A program made the position numbers and the translations under genes. Under the pieces are notes generated by a model. The model was not told the DNA's origin and made no database searches. It saw only the letters and a list, made by a program, of their open reading frames with translations. This document shows, one piece after another, positions 50,586-62,239 of a stretch of 64,000 nucleotides of DNA. This DNA comes from Selaginella moellendorffii (taxonomy: Eukaryota > Plantae > Lycopodiophyta). The stretch lies in assembly GCF_000143415.4 (NCBI RefSeq), contig NW_003314261.1:186001-250000 (forward strand), in the 5' to 3' direction. Position 1 is the first letter of the stretch, and each line of letters opens with the position of its first letter.

Positions 50586-51318
50586 GACAAAATCCCGCCC
50601 CGTAACGTAACGCGAAGAAACAAGGAATGGGTCGCCCAGTTGGCTGAGTTGTAGCCAAGGGAAAGCAACGAGCGAGCGAGGCGAGCGTGAGACACGTCCT
50701 GGTCAGCAATGTAGAACGAGCTCGCCATCGCAGCCACAGGCAACGCCAGCTCTTTTGGAAGCTTGCGTGGTGTCCCTTGTCCACCTTTCCCTTGAATTCC
50801 CGTCTATAATGTCTCTCTCATTCTCTAGGACAACAACAGGCACGATCAAATTTTATTTGCGGGCATTTGTCGAGTCTCGGAGGGCGATGCTATGCCGACG
50901 CGCTTTTATTGGAAATCACACCAAATCCTCGAATCATCGTGTTTCATGCCTACAGTCTTGATTAAACAAGAGCCTTGGCATTTTGCCTCAACTTGGTCCA
51001 CCGCCGGCTTAATTATTACAGCGCTCAAGAAATGATAATCGCGCCACCTCGGAGACTAGCTTTCATCTAGGCTCGTAGCTGCACACTGGCAATGGTGGCG
51101 GGTCCAACAATACAAAGATTTTCCAAGGGAAAGAGAAGTAAAAGCACGTCTCGCAGTTACAAATGGTAGTTAAATCGAAACAAAAAAACGATACAGTTCT
51201 TGAGAATTGTGTTATATAGTCACTGGAGAAGAGAAGGTTATGGGCGAAGAGGAATATTTTCCTTCTCCACAGTGCTGTCCAGGAACTCAAAGGTCCCAAG
51301 TTTGGATCTTGCAGGACA

Positions 51319-52280
51319 ATGGAAGTTAATAGCAGTGGTAAGACAAATCTTCGAACAAGGAGACCTTTGATGGCACGGCGTGGGCTGTGGTCGCCAGAGG
51401 AAGACGAGCGATTGATGGAGTGCCTGCTCAAGCACGGCCACAGCCGATGGAGTGACATTCCAAAGCATGCGGGTATATAAACATCATGTGACTCTCATAA
51501 GCAATCTCGTACATGTGATGATCCTGACAGGTCTCAAGCGATGCGGGAAGAGCTGCAGGCTGCGATGGATCAACTATCTGAGGCCGGAGCTCAACCATAG
51601 CGATTTCTCGGCCCAGGAGGAGAAGTTCATTGTGGAAATGCATGCAATTGTGGGAAACAGGTGGGAGTTTTCACTTCATGACCAATGTTTGCTACGAACC
51701 CTGAAACTTTTCCCATACAACGAGCAGGTGGTCCCAGATTGCTGCAAAGCTCCCCGGTCGCACAGACAACCAGATCAAGAACTACTGGAACTCGACCATC
51801 AAAAAGAAGTTCAAGGCGCTTGGGATTGATCCCGTGACACACGCTAGATCAACCTCTATGCACACAACCTCCTCAGGGCTTATTAGAAGTGAATTCGAAG
51901 CTCCTGCCGCGAGTGCTGCTACTGCCAGATCCACTGAAGTCGTGTCTTGGGCACTCACAAACAGCAGCAACAGCGGCGGCAGCAGTACTAGCAGCAGCAG
52001 CAGCAGAAATTCTCCAGTTTCGCAGAGCCAGCAGCACGAGGAGCCCAGGAGTCATCAATGTCTGGTGGGTTTCGAGGCTGGGTCTGTTGCTGCTGCCGCT
52101 ACGACCATCCTCGACCCCTTCGATCTCGCACACATTTTCGAGGAGCCCAGCACCGAAATGCTCCAGAGCAGCGAGTCGCGGGGCGGATCTTTCCTGGAGG
52201 AAGATGACTTGTTCTGGACAGGATTCGGCTCGCAGGAAAATCATTCTTCGTTGAGTGAAATCCGTATATTCCACGTGTAA
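51319..52280 (+). CDS. R2R3-MYB transcription factor, 3 exons (51319-51472, 51531-51660, 51728-52280), ~278 aa
   Basis: Same R2R3 motifs plus GIDPVTH; identical exon lengths (154/130) to the upstream paralog. Confidence 0.92.
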
Positions 52281-52515
52281 ACTATCGCCACTGAAAAAAT
52301 ATGCCAGAGTGTATAGAGATACAAAATCGCATTTTCTAAGCTCGCATGCGCATCACGTTGCTGACCAATGATCCCTCGAGCAACTACAGTGCTACAAGTT
52401 GACTACTAGAAGAACTAGATGTTCACGAAAGCATTAACGCTTTTTAGATTGATCACCACGCTTTGTACAATCTATTGATCGAAAGATTTCTCACCATATA
52501 TAGAACAACCATGTC

Positions 52516-54936
52516 ATGCGAGTGGAGCTGGTTGCGATCGCAGGTGAGCTGCGGCAGTGCAGGAGCTTGCTCCGTGCCAGGCAGCTCGAGCACAAGCACG
52601 AGAATCTCGTCGCCTCCAACACCTTGATCGCCAATCATCTCGTCCAGATGTATGCGCGCTGCGGCAGCCTGGACGACGCTTGCCGCGTCTTCCAGCACAT
52701 TCAGCAGCCAGATGCCTTCTCCTGGAACATCCTCGTGCAGGCGCACGCCACCTCTGGCCGCCTCCACGACGCGGCTGCGATCTTCTTCTCCGTCATGCCC
52801 GCCAGAGACGTGGTGTCGTGGACGACCATGGTGAGGATGTATGCACAGGACAGGCAACAACGTCTGGCGCAGGAGATCTTTCTCGCCATGCCATGTCACA
52901 ACCTCGTCTCGTGGAACACCTTGCTTGCAGGCTATGCCCAACAAGGGTATATAGAAGTAGCGCAGCGGGTGTTTGATGCGGCGCCTTGCAAAGATGAGAT
53001 TTCGTGGACGACTATGTTACAATGCTACGCAGACGCTGAGGAACTGGAAAACGTGCTAGGAGTGTTCCATCGCTTGCCTGAGCACTGCGTATTTTCAAAG
53101 ACGGTCGTCATGTGTGCGTATGCCCAAGCCGGGCATGTGTGTGAAGCTCGAACGATCTTCGATTCCATGGAGGGCGATGACAAAAACGTCGTGTCTTGGA
53201 CCGCAATGATCTCCGCCTACGCGCGGGGCGATTGTCCCAGCAGCTGGGGCGAGGCCAAGAGGCTGTTCGATCGCATGCCGAGCGGCAGGAACATCGTGTC
53301 GTGGGGCGCGGTGCTGGCGGCGCACTGTCACGGCGGGGACGTTGATACCGCGCGGCACATCCACGGCAAAATGCCCGAGTGGGACGCCGTGTCGTGGGCG
53401 ATCCTCCTCACCGCCCAGTCCGACGCGGGACTGCTGGAGGAGGCGACTGCCGGCTTCCACGCCATGCCCAGCATCCGCGACGTGGTGCTATGGAACGCGC
53501 TGCTCCAGGCGCAGGCCAAGAACGGGCAGCTGCTCGAGGACGACAAGCGCATTTTCCACAAAATGCCGCAGTGGGATCCCGTGTCGTGGAACACCATCAT
53601 CGGGGCGGTGGCGGCGAAGGGCTCGATCGAAGAGGCACAGTGGCTGCACGAGTGCTTGTCTCACAAGACGGTTGTGTCGTGGAACGCCATGATCGCCGCG
53701 CTGGGAGCTAGTGGGATCATCGAGGAGGCGGAGGCGATGTTCCAGCGGATGCCGGAGCGAAGCCTCGGGTCGTGGAGCGCGCTTGTTGCCTCGCTGGCGG
53801 GGAATGGCTACTGTGTCGAGGCGAAGCAGGCGCTGGAGGAGATGCCCGTGTGCACGGCCGCTGCTGTAGCGGCGATGATTGGGTGCTATGCGGTATTGGG
53901 GGACGTGGCGGAGGCGAAACGGGTGTTTGAGCGGCTGCCAGAAGATGTTGCGGTGATGAATGCCATGGTTTCAGCGTATGCCGTAAACGAGCATGTAGAG
54001 CTGGCCAAGGAGTTGTTTGATCGATTTCCAGAGAAAAGCGTGCGTTCATGGAACAGCATTATAGAAGCATATGCACAGTCTGGGCAGATGGTAGAGGCGA
54101 AAACATTGTTTGATTCTATGCCGGAAAGAAACAACCTCTCGTGGAATGCTGCTCTTGCAGCTTATGCGGCAAACGGGCAACTTGAGGAGGCCGTTTCTAC
54201 CTTTGGGAGGATGTCTCACTGCAACACTTGCTCGTGGAACTGCATGGTGGCTGCCTTTGCACACAAGGGGCGACTCGAGGATGCAAAGATTCTCTTTAAC
54301 AACACTCCACAGCACAATCTGGCGTCGTGGAACAACATAATCGGTGCGTATGCCGCCAAAGGGCATGGGCACGAGGCACTCGACCTGTTCCAGGAAATGG
54401 TGCTGGCCGGCTTCACCCCAGACTGCATCACCTTCATGCATGTCCTAGGAGCGTGCAGTCACGTCGGGATGTTGCGGCGGAGCTGTGAGCTGTTTGCATG
54501 GATGAGCAGCGAGCACTACCGCAGCCCCACCCGGCAACACTACTACAGAATGATTGACGTCGTGGCGAGGGCGGGAGAAGTAGCGGAGGCGGAACGGCTG
54601 GTTCATGGCCTGCCGTTTTCGCCGGATCCTGTGGCATGGTCGACGGTGCTGGCCGCGTGCAGAACTCACGGGGACGTTGAGTGCGGAGCCCGAGCAGCGC
54701 AGCAGCTGGGTTGCATGGGAGTTGCAGTGGGCACGCGTGGTGAGGAAGAAGAGTCGCATCATAGGCAATGGCATCGCGGCAGACAAGACGAGAGCTGCAG
54801 CAATCACTACGTGCTCCTGTCCAACATGTTTGTGGCGGTTGGCCGGCGAGAGGACGCTGCGTGCTTGAGACGAAGCATGCAAGACAAAGGGCTCCGGAAA
54901 CCACCTGGCGTGAGCATTGTCGAGCCACATTTCTAG
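52516..54936 (+). CDS. PLS-class PPR protein with E domain and PG box (PPR-B), 806 aa
   Basis: Intronless PPR array; C-terminal AWSTVLAACRTHGD...YVLLSN...KGLRKPPGVSIVE. Confidence 0.93.
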   Translation: MRVELVAIAGELRQCRSLLRARQLEHKHENLVASNTLIANHLVQMYARCGSLDDACRVFQHIQQPDAFSWNILVQAHATSGRLHDAAAIFFSVMPARDVVSWTTMVRMYAQDRQQRLAQEIFLAMPCHNLVSWNTLLAGYAQQGYIEVAQRVFDAAPCKDEISWTTMLQCYADAEELENVLGVFHRLPEHCVFSKTVVMCAYAQAGHVCEARTIFDSMEGDDKNVVSWTAMISAYARGDCPSSWGEAKRLFDRMPSGRNIVSWGAVLAAHCHGGDVDTARHIHGKMPEWDAVSWAILLTAQSDAGLLEEATAGFHAMPSIRDVVLWNALLQAQAKNGQLLEDDKRIFHKMPQWDPVSWNTIIGAVAAKGSIEEAQWLHECLSHKTVVSWNAMIAALGASGIIEEAEAMFQRMPERSLGSWSALVASLAGNGYCVEAKQALEEMPVCTAAAVAAMIGCYAVLGDVAEAKRVFERLPEDVAVMNAMVSAYAVNEHVELAKELFDRFPEKSVRSWNSIIEAYAQSGQMVEAKTLFDSMPERNNLSWNAALAAYAANGQLEEAVSTFGRMSHCNTCSWNCMVAAFAHKGRLEDAKILFNNTPQHNLASWNNIIGAYAAKGHGHEALDLFQEMVLAGFTPDCITFMHVLGACSHVGMLRRSCELFAWMSSEHYRSPTRQHYYRMIDVVARAGEVAEAERLVHGLPFSPDPVAWSTVLAACRTHGDVECGARAAQQLGCMGVAVGTRGEEEESHHRQWHRGRQDESCSNHYVLLSNMFVAVGRREDAACLRRSMQDKGLRKPPGVSIVEPHF

Positions 54937-55138
54937 ATTCTATCTATGGTTTCTGTGGCCAAACTTACAGCAAGGAACACGAGCGAGTATCGGCAGAGCT
55001 CCTCACACTCCTCTTGACGAAACCACACCTTGGTGATCCCACCCGGTTCTTGTACCTCCAGGAAGCACGCATTGCGAGCCACTGTGCATCCATCATCTCA
55101 AACGCTACGCAGTACAAGAAGTCAAAAGCTTGCTCGTC

Positions 55139-55453
55139 TTAACCAGATTCTTGTGCGTTCTCAGAACATACCGGCCAAGTTCTAAAGTCGCCGGTGTAGA
55201 GCGGCCTCGAAGCTCGCAGTGGACCATGGATAACTTTTCTTTTCGTTCTGCACCCAGTGCTGACACAAAATGATACAAACTTATGCCCGTTGTTCGGCTT
55301 CAAGAGGAGCAATTTTCTTTCTTCCAACCTTGCTAAATCGTCTTCGTCTTCCACAAAGCAATATTGTTCTTTCGATGGCTTGGAGCTAGCTTTTCTCGCG
55401 GCCGGGAAGACGAACCAGGCCATGAACACCAACACGATCGCCGCGAGTCTCAT
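55139..55453 (-). CDS. Possible small protein with a signal-peptide-like N-terminus, unknown function
   Basis: MRLAAIVLVFMAWFVFPAA hydrophobic leader and 4 Cys; no recognised family. Confidence 0.25.
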   Translation of the reverse strand: MRLAAIVLVFMAWFVFPAARKASSKPSKEQYCFVEDEDDLARLEERKLLLLKPNNGHKFVSFCVSTGCRTKRKVIHGPLRASRPLYTGDFRTWPVCSENAQESG

Positions 55454-55693
55454 TGTTCCAGCCCTGCTCCAACGAGAGAACGATGCTATCCCATTCAATA
55501 GAGTTTAAGCAGCTAGGCTGGCACTGACTGCAAGATTATCGAAGCTGAACTAGTTAATGGCCTAGTGTCAATCTGATCAGCGTTAGTAGCGTGAAGCAAG
55601 CGTTCGATCTAGCTCGAACAATAGGGCCGCATTTTTGGATCACTCACAAGTTTGGCAAGCAGTATGAAAGAGGAGATTACCACTTCGGCGTGT

Positions 55694-58361
55694 TCAAGCA
55701 AAGCTACTTGTGGACAGCCGGGATATGGACGCAACATTCCGTTTTGACTCCAGTTTCATGAAATAACAAAATTGTTTGGTCTGGGCACGTTCAGTTGAAA
55801 AGGAAAGATCTTTCGAGTCACCCGTTTGACCTTGATGATCCATGACTTCCTTTAAATCTCGCCTCAAGGTATATCTTTCGGTTTGTCCAACACCCTGGAG
55901 AAAGAATCACGGGAAGATTGAGCGCCGTGGTAGCACAGACGGCCCCTTGGGTCGGGAAGAGCACAGTTGAATGTGTGGTGTTTCAAGCACCGAGTCCACA
56001 GTTGCTTTGTGGCTTGGTGTAGCAGCAAGCCGCGCTTTCTTCACGAATTTACGCTTTTGTTGGAACCCAGAAAAGTGTGATAGCCTCCGAGCTCTCTCCA
56101 CGTCCATCTGGGCCTTCGTAACGTCACTCCCGCTCCTCACAACCTCCTCCGAGAATGCCAATGGCACTGCTGCTAGCGGCATTTCTTCCACTGCGTTTGG
56201 CTCGGCGCTATCGTATCCAAGAAACTCCATCCGCGTGTAAATGTCGTCGACAACGCGAGGGACCTTCTCGTAGCTGCAAACACAAAGTAAACACACAAAG
56301 TAAACAGGACTGCCAACCAAAAGGGAATGTAAACTCGTCACCTTGAGCGCACGACTCGGTCAGCAAACTTGACAAGGGGCGCCTCCTCCGTGAAGATATC
56401 ACCACCAAGGCTGAATTGGATGTCATACAGAAGCTCACAGACTTGCTCCGTGAACTCGGCCTCCATGCCCGGTGCTTGACCAGCGGCTAGCATTTCAAGC
56501 CGAAGCTGGATCTGAAGCGTGTATCTGGAGGGCAATCCAAGTCAGTCAGAGAGAAAACATGAAACGAGAAAACATACTCGTTGAGTTTGTGATCCATCGA
56601 ATGGCTGCTGCCGCCTTCCGCATATTTGAAGGACAACTCCTTGGGAGCCAGGAGGAGCAAGTTGTGGATCGTTTCTGGAGGAGCACGACACGCCTGGACA
56701 GCGGCAGCCGTGTCCCTCACGAGCTTCCCTGCGTCGAAGTTGCCGGCACTGATGCAACCTTCAAGCCTTTCGGCTAGAGAAGAGGTATACGACTCTGCCA
56801 TGTCCTGCGAGACGTCCATTGCTGGATCATTGTCATCCTGTTCTTGATGCTTGCAATCACCTGGTCCCGTGTCGGGTGCAGCAACGACTTGTCCAGACGT
56901 GCTCTCTTGCCACCGTTGTCTCTTCCAAGCTTTGAAAACTCCCGGGTACATGGACTCTTTGAACACCGGGTCCATCCAGTCCATCCTTGCATTCTGGAGC
57001 AGCAACTTCATACACCAGCTCCACGCCTCGTTCCAGCTACCTGAGAGCAGCCGTGTGCATGGCTGCTTTGCGTCGTCCGAGGCATTCGAAACTCTCACGC
57101 TGGTGAGAGCGTCTTGTCCTGTGACTATACGTAACGTGGCCGACGAGATGGACAGTGGCTCCAGAAATCCTTTCAGCTGTCTCGTCGTCCCACCCTGCGT
57201 AACCTCCATATCCACGAGAGCAACAGCAACTTGACGTGCCAGGAAGAGCAGGATCAAGCTGAGCTCATGCTGCTGCCGGCAGACGAGCTCCTCGGGCAAG
57301 TGCTCAAGCCTTTGTAGCAACTCGCGTCTCGCGCTTCCAGTAAGCTCCTTGCCGACCCCGCTCCTTTGCCGATGCTGGTACACGACGTATGTCTCGACTA
57401 CTCTGTGCTGCTGCGCCGAGGCCACAGTTCGATCGCTGCGTGGAAGCACGGCAGTGAGAGCAAGACGAATCTTGGAACACCCGTGCTCGTCCAAACTTGT
57501 GCTCTCACCCAGTGATGTGATGCCAACGTCACATACAAACCGGTGCTTGTCCGAGATGCGCACACGGAGCTTGGCTGGAGGAGTAAGATGGCGCTGGGTG
57601 GTGCGTGGGAAAACTAGCGGCAACAAAAGCACTGGAAGGAGGAGACGGTGTGGCATGACGAGGGTGGCGACGAGGAAGGTGTCCACGGAGGAGAAACCCC
57701 AGGAAGAGGAGGAGGAGCTCTTGACAGCTTGGAGCAAATCCATCAAGGTGGCGGCTTCTCCCGGCGGCTGGAACCAAAGAGCGTGTACGTTCTTCTTTTC
57801 CAAGAGCTTGTGGAGAGAAGCGATTCTTCGCTCTTCTTCGGGAAGCCCGGCCGTGTCCGAGGACGAGGAGAGGAATGCATGGAGCTCTTGCCGGGATGGC
57901 GCCGTGGACAGCACTAGCAACAAGCTCGGGCGGGTGATGGGTAGCAGCATCGACTTTCCGCGATCACCATTGTCGTCGAGCAGCAGCGGATCCCACGAGT
58001 AAGCAGTGAGAAGCGGCAGTAACGCATTCGCGATGTGGAATGCCCAGGCATGGCGAGGAGCAGCAGCAGCGTGATCTTCCTGAGCATCTCCCACTAGTAG
58101 CTTGTCCACGCAATCCCGGAATGCCTTGATGCTACGCTCGTTTCTCGCCGACGCGAACGGCGCCGTCCCAGCTCTCCCCAGCACACTCGTCGACGCCCCA
58201 GACGCGAGCGAATCCAAGAAGGTGAATGCCCACATTGTGTTGCTGTTGCTTACCATGGCCAAGATCCTGCGCACCAAGCTCTCCAAGGCACAGCCATAGC
58301 TGCGCGCTTGCCCGATCAAATGCCGCACGTCCACCGCCACCACCACTCGCTCCACCTCCAT
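55694..58361 (-). CDS. Treslin/TICRR (Sld3)-like replication initiation factor, multi-exon; last exon boundary uncertain
   Basis: N-terminal RVVVAVDV...WAFTFLDS (Treslin-N/vWA-like). The spliced KLNE|YTLQIQLRLEML...LL.DIQF matches the Sld3/Treslin domain; VLETP is a CDK-site-like motif. Introns ~56577-56525 and ~56341-56274. Confidence 0.65.
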
Positions 58362-58455
58362 TCTGCCCTAGCATACTCCACCAAGGAGCAAGCAACCCTA
58401 CTCCCATTCCTCTTCTTGATCTAGCTAGCTAGCTATGGCTGACCAAGGAAGCTTA

Positions 58456-58869
58456 CTAGACGGGCGGGAAGAGCGAGTAGCGGCGGAGCTCCTTCCTCTG
58501 CTCACACTCCCTCTTAACGAGGCCACAGCGGCACATATGATCGAGCTGGTCTTCTGTGAAGACGCCAATGTGATCCACCAGCGGCGGGTACTTGGATGCC
58601 TCGAGCGCCTTGCGCTTGTCGAGCACGGCCTGGGCTAGCGGCGCCCAGTATGCGCGCTTCCTGTGTGGCGACTGCGTGACGATCCAGCGGAGATAGGAAT
58701 TGGGCACCGATTCCAGCTCCCGCTTCTTGTACCGCCCAAAATCGAGGATGTAGAGTGGGCCGCTGCTGGCCACGAAGATGAGCTTCTTGTGTCGATAGCC
58801 CGCCGGAAGGAGCCTGCGAGGGAGAATGCTAGATTCCCACGCCCGCGCAAGCGACAGTGCCATAGCCAT
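58456..58869 (-). CDS. Small, possibly organelle-targeted protein with an FGKY-type (DUF3820 / ExoX C-terminal-like) motif, 137 aa
   Basis: ILDFGRYKKRELESVPNSYLRWI motif after a transit-peptide-like N-terminus. A telo-box-like AAACCCTA abuts the start (58870-58877). Confidence 0.6.
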   Translation of the reverse strand: MAMALSLARAWESSILPRRLLPAGYRHKKLIFVASSGPLYILDFGRYKKRELESVPNSYLRWIVTQSPHRKRAYWAPLAQAVLDKRKALEASKYPPLVDHIGVFTEDQLDHMCRCGLVKRECEQRKELRRYSLFPPV

Positions 58870-59143
58870 AAACCCTAGATCCTTCGAATCTTTCTAGCAC
58901 AAAAGTCAGTGATTAAAGGTGGTAGTTAACTTTTGCTTGTATAGACAGGGCGAGATCATCGACGGCAGGTCTCCTCGCTCTCTTCTCTCTCCAGTTGCAA
59001 AACAAAAGAGGACTAGAGCTAATTTACAAATACCTTCGGGAGCGTGATCGCGAACGAACGAACGAACGAACGAGCAGCTGGAGCATGAGTGGAGAGCGAG
59101 GAAAACCAAAAGTGTTGCTGCTGCTGCTGCCGTCTTTGCCGAG

Positions 59144-61547
59144 TTAGCAAGTCTTTGCTGGTGTTCTCAGTGGAGCTTCGATCCAGGAGGAGTTGAGGTT
59201 GGTTCTACTCTTTTCGCACTCGAGTTGCACAAAATGTGTTCTCAGGCTTGTTTCCTCTATCTATTCCATGCCACAAGCAAGAAGTTAGCACGTCGCCAAC
59301 AACAACCACAAGCCACGCACCTCTAATGCAGCTAGTCTATCCAGTAAGGCACCGCACTCTTCAAGTGTAGCCTTTTCCTGTTTGGCCACCTCCGCAAGCC
59401 CCGAGATAAGACCGTCCATCTTCTCAGTCTGTGACAGCGAATAAAGTTAAAAGACAAGGAAACAGGGAGCATGCATACCTTAGGCATGAGATTCACAACA
59501 GCCGACCCCAAGGATCCCATGACATCCACCGTACAGCATAAAGCGTCCCTAATAGCTTGGACGTCGGCCTGCACATCGTCAACAATCTCGTCGCATCAGG
59601 AAAAGAAGAAGAAAAAGGAAAGAATTCATTACCCTTGCACCGGCAGTCACAGGTACCCTCAGCACTGCAGCCTCTAGAGCTTCCATCGCCCCAGACAATG
59701 CAGCCGAATGCTCGGCGTGAAGTGCCGCCCAGCTCTCTAGGTGAGGGCCCTTGGGTGGTATACATATGTCAGCCTCAACGTACATGACAACAGCATAATG
59801 AGTTTCACCTGAGACGAGAGAATCGCCTGGAGTTTTCTCGCTTGTCTCGCTTGTTGCAGCTTGATCCGTTTCATGGCTACAGACTTTCGAAGCTCCGACG
59901 TTTGCAGCCACGCGTTGTAGATGGACCTCTGCCAAATGTTATAGAATGGAATCAGTCACCAGGAAAAGAAAAAGAGTTAGAGACGTTCACCTCTGCTATG
60001 GCCCTCTGAGCATTTTTTGCAGCCTCCGCTCGAGCGTTGACAAAGCACCACTGAAGCCAGCGGTTGTGCAGTATACGCAGATACTGAGCTTCTTCCTGTT
60101 GGCTCATAGCTTTCTTTCCTTTGCGCATGTCCATGGGAAAATGTAGCAAGCTGGAAATGCTGCTAGCTCGGCTGCTGTGCCCGCTTGGTGGAAGCTGAAA
60201 CGATGGAATCCTCGTCCTGGTGGGACTCGGAATACTTCGAAATGGGGAGGATACCAGCATCCGGGACGGGGACGGTGGCTGCTGCGCCGACAGACGGGAG
60301 GGTGACATCGCCGTAGACTGCGAGGCAGTCGAAACCGACAGACTCTTCAACCGGCGAACATTCTTCCCTCCCAACGTAGAAAAATCTTGGTCCGTCAGCG
60401 AGCAGCCAACTATGTCACCCTGAGAGAGACGCCTCGACCTGGCTGTAGTGCGCTTCACAGACCCGGAAGAAGTGACGGTGGTGGCACCGGAGCCCGACGA
60501 AGATAGGCTCTCGCAGTCCGAGAGGTTATCCAGCGATGGTTGGCTCTCCAAACTTGCTAGTTCCGTTTCATCAGGAAGCTGTCGAACAGACTCGTCAACC
60601 TGCTGTTGATGTTGGGCCATGTCTCGGCCTCCGCCACTTTCAAGGTCCCGTTTGGGCCTTCCCCTGCTCTCCGAGAGCATATGCCGAGATACACTTTGTG
60701 GCGAGTCAGGCAACGGGCCATCGTTGATCGACCTTGTCAAACTGCGTATTGGAGGTGTACGCTTTACCGGCCGAGTGGTACCATTCATGGCTCGTCCCTG
60801 CACCACTAGACCTGTCATCTTTCCACCTTTATCTTTGTCGGAGCTAAGATCTACGCTCCGGCTCAGTGCTTTCGGAGAGTTTCCAGCAGACCACCTGTGC
60901 ACACCGGAGTTGTCTTGAGGCCGTGCATTCTCAGCCTGATCCGTTGTTGGCCGCCGAACAGGAGTTCTCTTCCTCTCTGGTGTCCCCTTCCTGTCAGACG
61001 GGGCCTTGTCCGAAGATAAGCTCCTGCGGATGCCATTCTCGGCGGGCCTCAGAGTATGATCCAGCTGCAAGGATGCGGATAGAGCGTGGGTGGAGGGCCA
61101 CAAGCGCTGAGCCGAGCGCAACGCATCTGCATTCCCCGGCCCAGAAGAAACTCTCGGCACCGTTCTCGGAGTACCTGGCCGGCCACTGCTGCCGCTAGTG
61201 GTTGACGAAGACGAGGCTGGCGAGTCGGGCCTCTTGCGCTCCGCCGACACTGCTCGCTTGGGGCCTTCCGGGCCATTGGAGCTGCGACCGATGAGAGGAG
61301 AAGGAAAGCGGCGAGCTGGAGTGGTGGGAGTCGGGGTGGGAATGGAGGTCGGTGTGGTGGACTTGTACCTGGAGGTGATTTCCCTGCTGCGGTGTTGCTT
61401 GCGTAGGATCTCCCCATTGCCACTAGAGCCTTTGTCTGCCAGAGCTGGGATGGAATCCCCTCTTTGTTGTGGCACTCCTCCTGTGGCTGTGGCTGTGGCT
61501 GTGGCTGTGGCTGGTGATGACGAAGACAAAGCAGCGACCATGATCAA
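59144..61547 (-). CDS. QWRF-motif / AUG8-family microtubule-associated protein (DUF566), 6 exons
   Basis: REITSRYKS; Ser/Pro-rich middle; LRILHNRWLQWCFVNARA. Downstream exons RSIYNAW..., HLESWAAL...LRVPV, ...EECG.LL, IEETSLRTHFVQ with GT-AG introns. Confidence 0.88.
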
Positions 61548-62239
61548 CCAGTGCTGCTATCGCCGAGCTTCCGCTTCCTCATCTGCCCCTGGCCTGCCCT
61601 AAATTAGGGCATGCGGACACGCGACCGGGATTCTCCTCCTCCCCGCGCTCTACATTCTTTCTCGAATCTCTCCCCCACTGTTAAGATCCGCGGAGCTGCC
61701 AATTAAAGACGATCAACGGGGAAGATCTGAGGCCCGGAAAGAGGGAAAGCCTACCTGCATTGCGAGGGAGGCCGCAAGAAATGGCGCATTCGCCATGCGC
61801 GATGGCACAGATTCGACATGCGAGCCAAGAAGCCTCCAAATTTCCCGCAAAGAAAGATAGATCAGGACCTGCGCAGCAGAGCACGATTATCAATGTCTCG
61901 CGGCCGCCCGACCCGATGATCCCATCTCGGCTCAGCAGCGAGTACCTTCTTCTACATCCTACGCGCGGCGCCTAGTCGTGCACCGCCGCTGGAGCCCTAG
62001 ACCCACTGCCACTACTGCTTGGAGGCGGCGATGGCGATGGCGCTGGCTCCTCCTCCCTGCTCCGCCCCAACACACACGGCCAGTAAAAAGAGATTACTTA
62101 CCACTCCGTATCAGGAGTTTTGGACATGATGGCGCTCGTACGGCAACGCTACGAGGTGGCCCATTTTCCCGGTCACGGGGCGCATACATTTTATCTTTGG
62201 AGGGTTTTAGCTAGGATTCTTGGCTCTGGCTCTGGCGCC
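61548..62239. promoter_or_regulatory. Short divergent intergenic region (candidate bidirectional promoter) between the QWRF and JMJD7-like genes
   Basis: Head-to-head starts about 690 bp apart. Confidence 0.4.

Noticed and set aside
42488-54936. DYW deaminase domain in either PPR
   Set aside because: No HSE / CxxC / DYW motifs in any listed frame downstream of the E domains.
52453-55142. Many overlapping or antisense ORFs over the PPR, Treslin-like and QWRF genes
   Set aside because: Expected shadow ORFs of GC-rich coding sequence.
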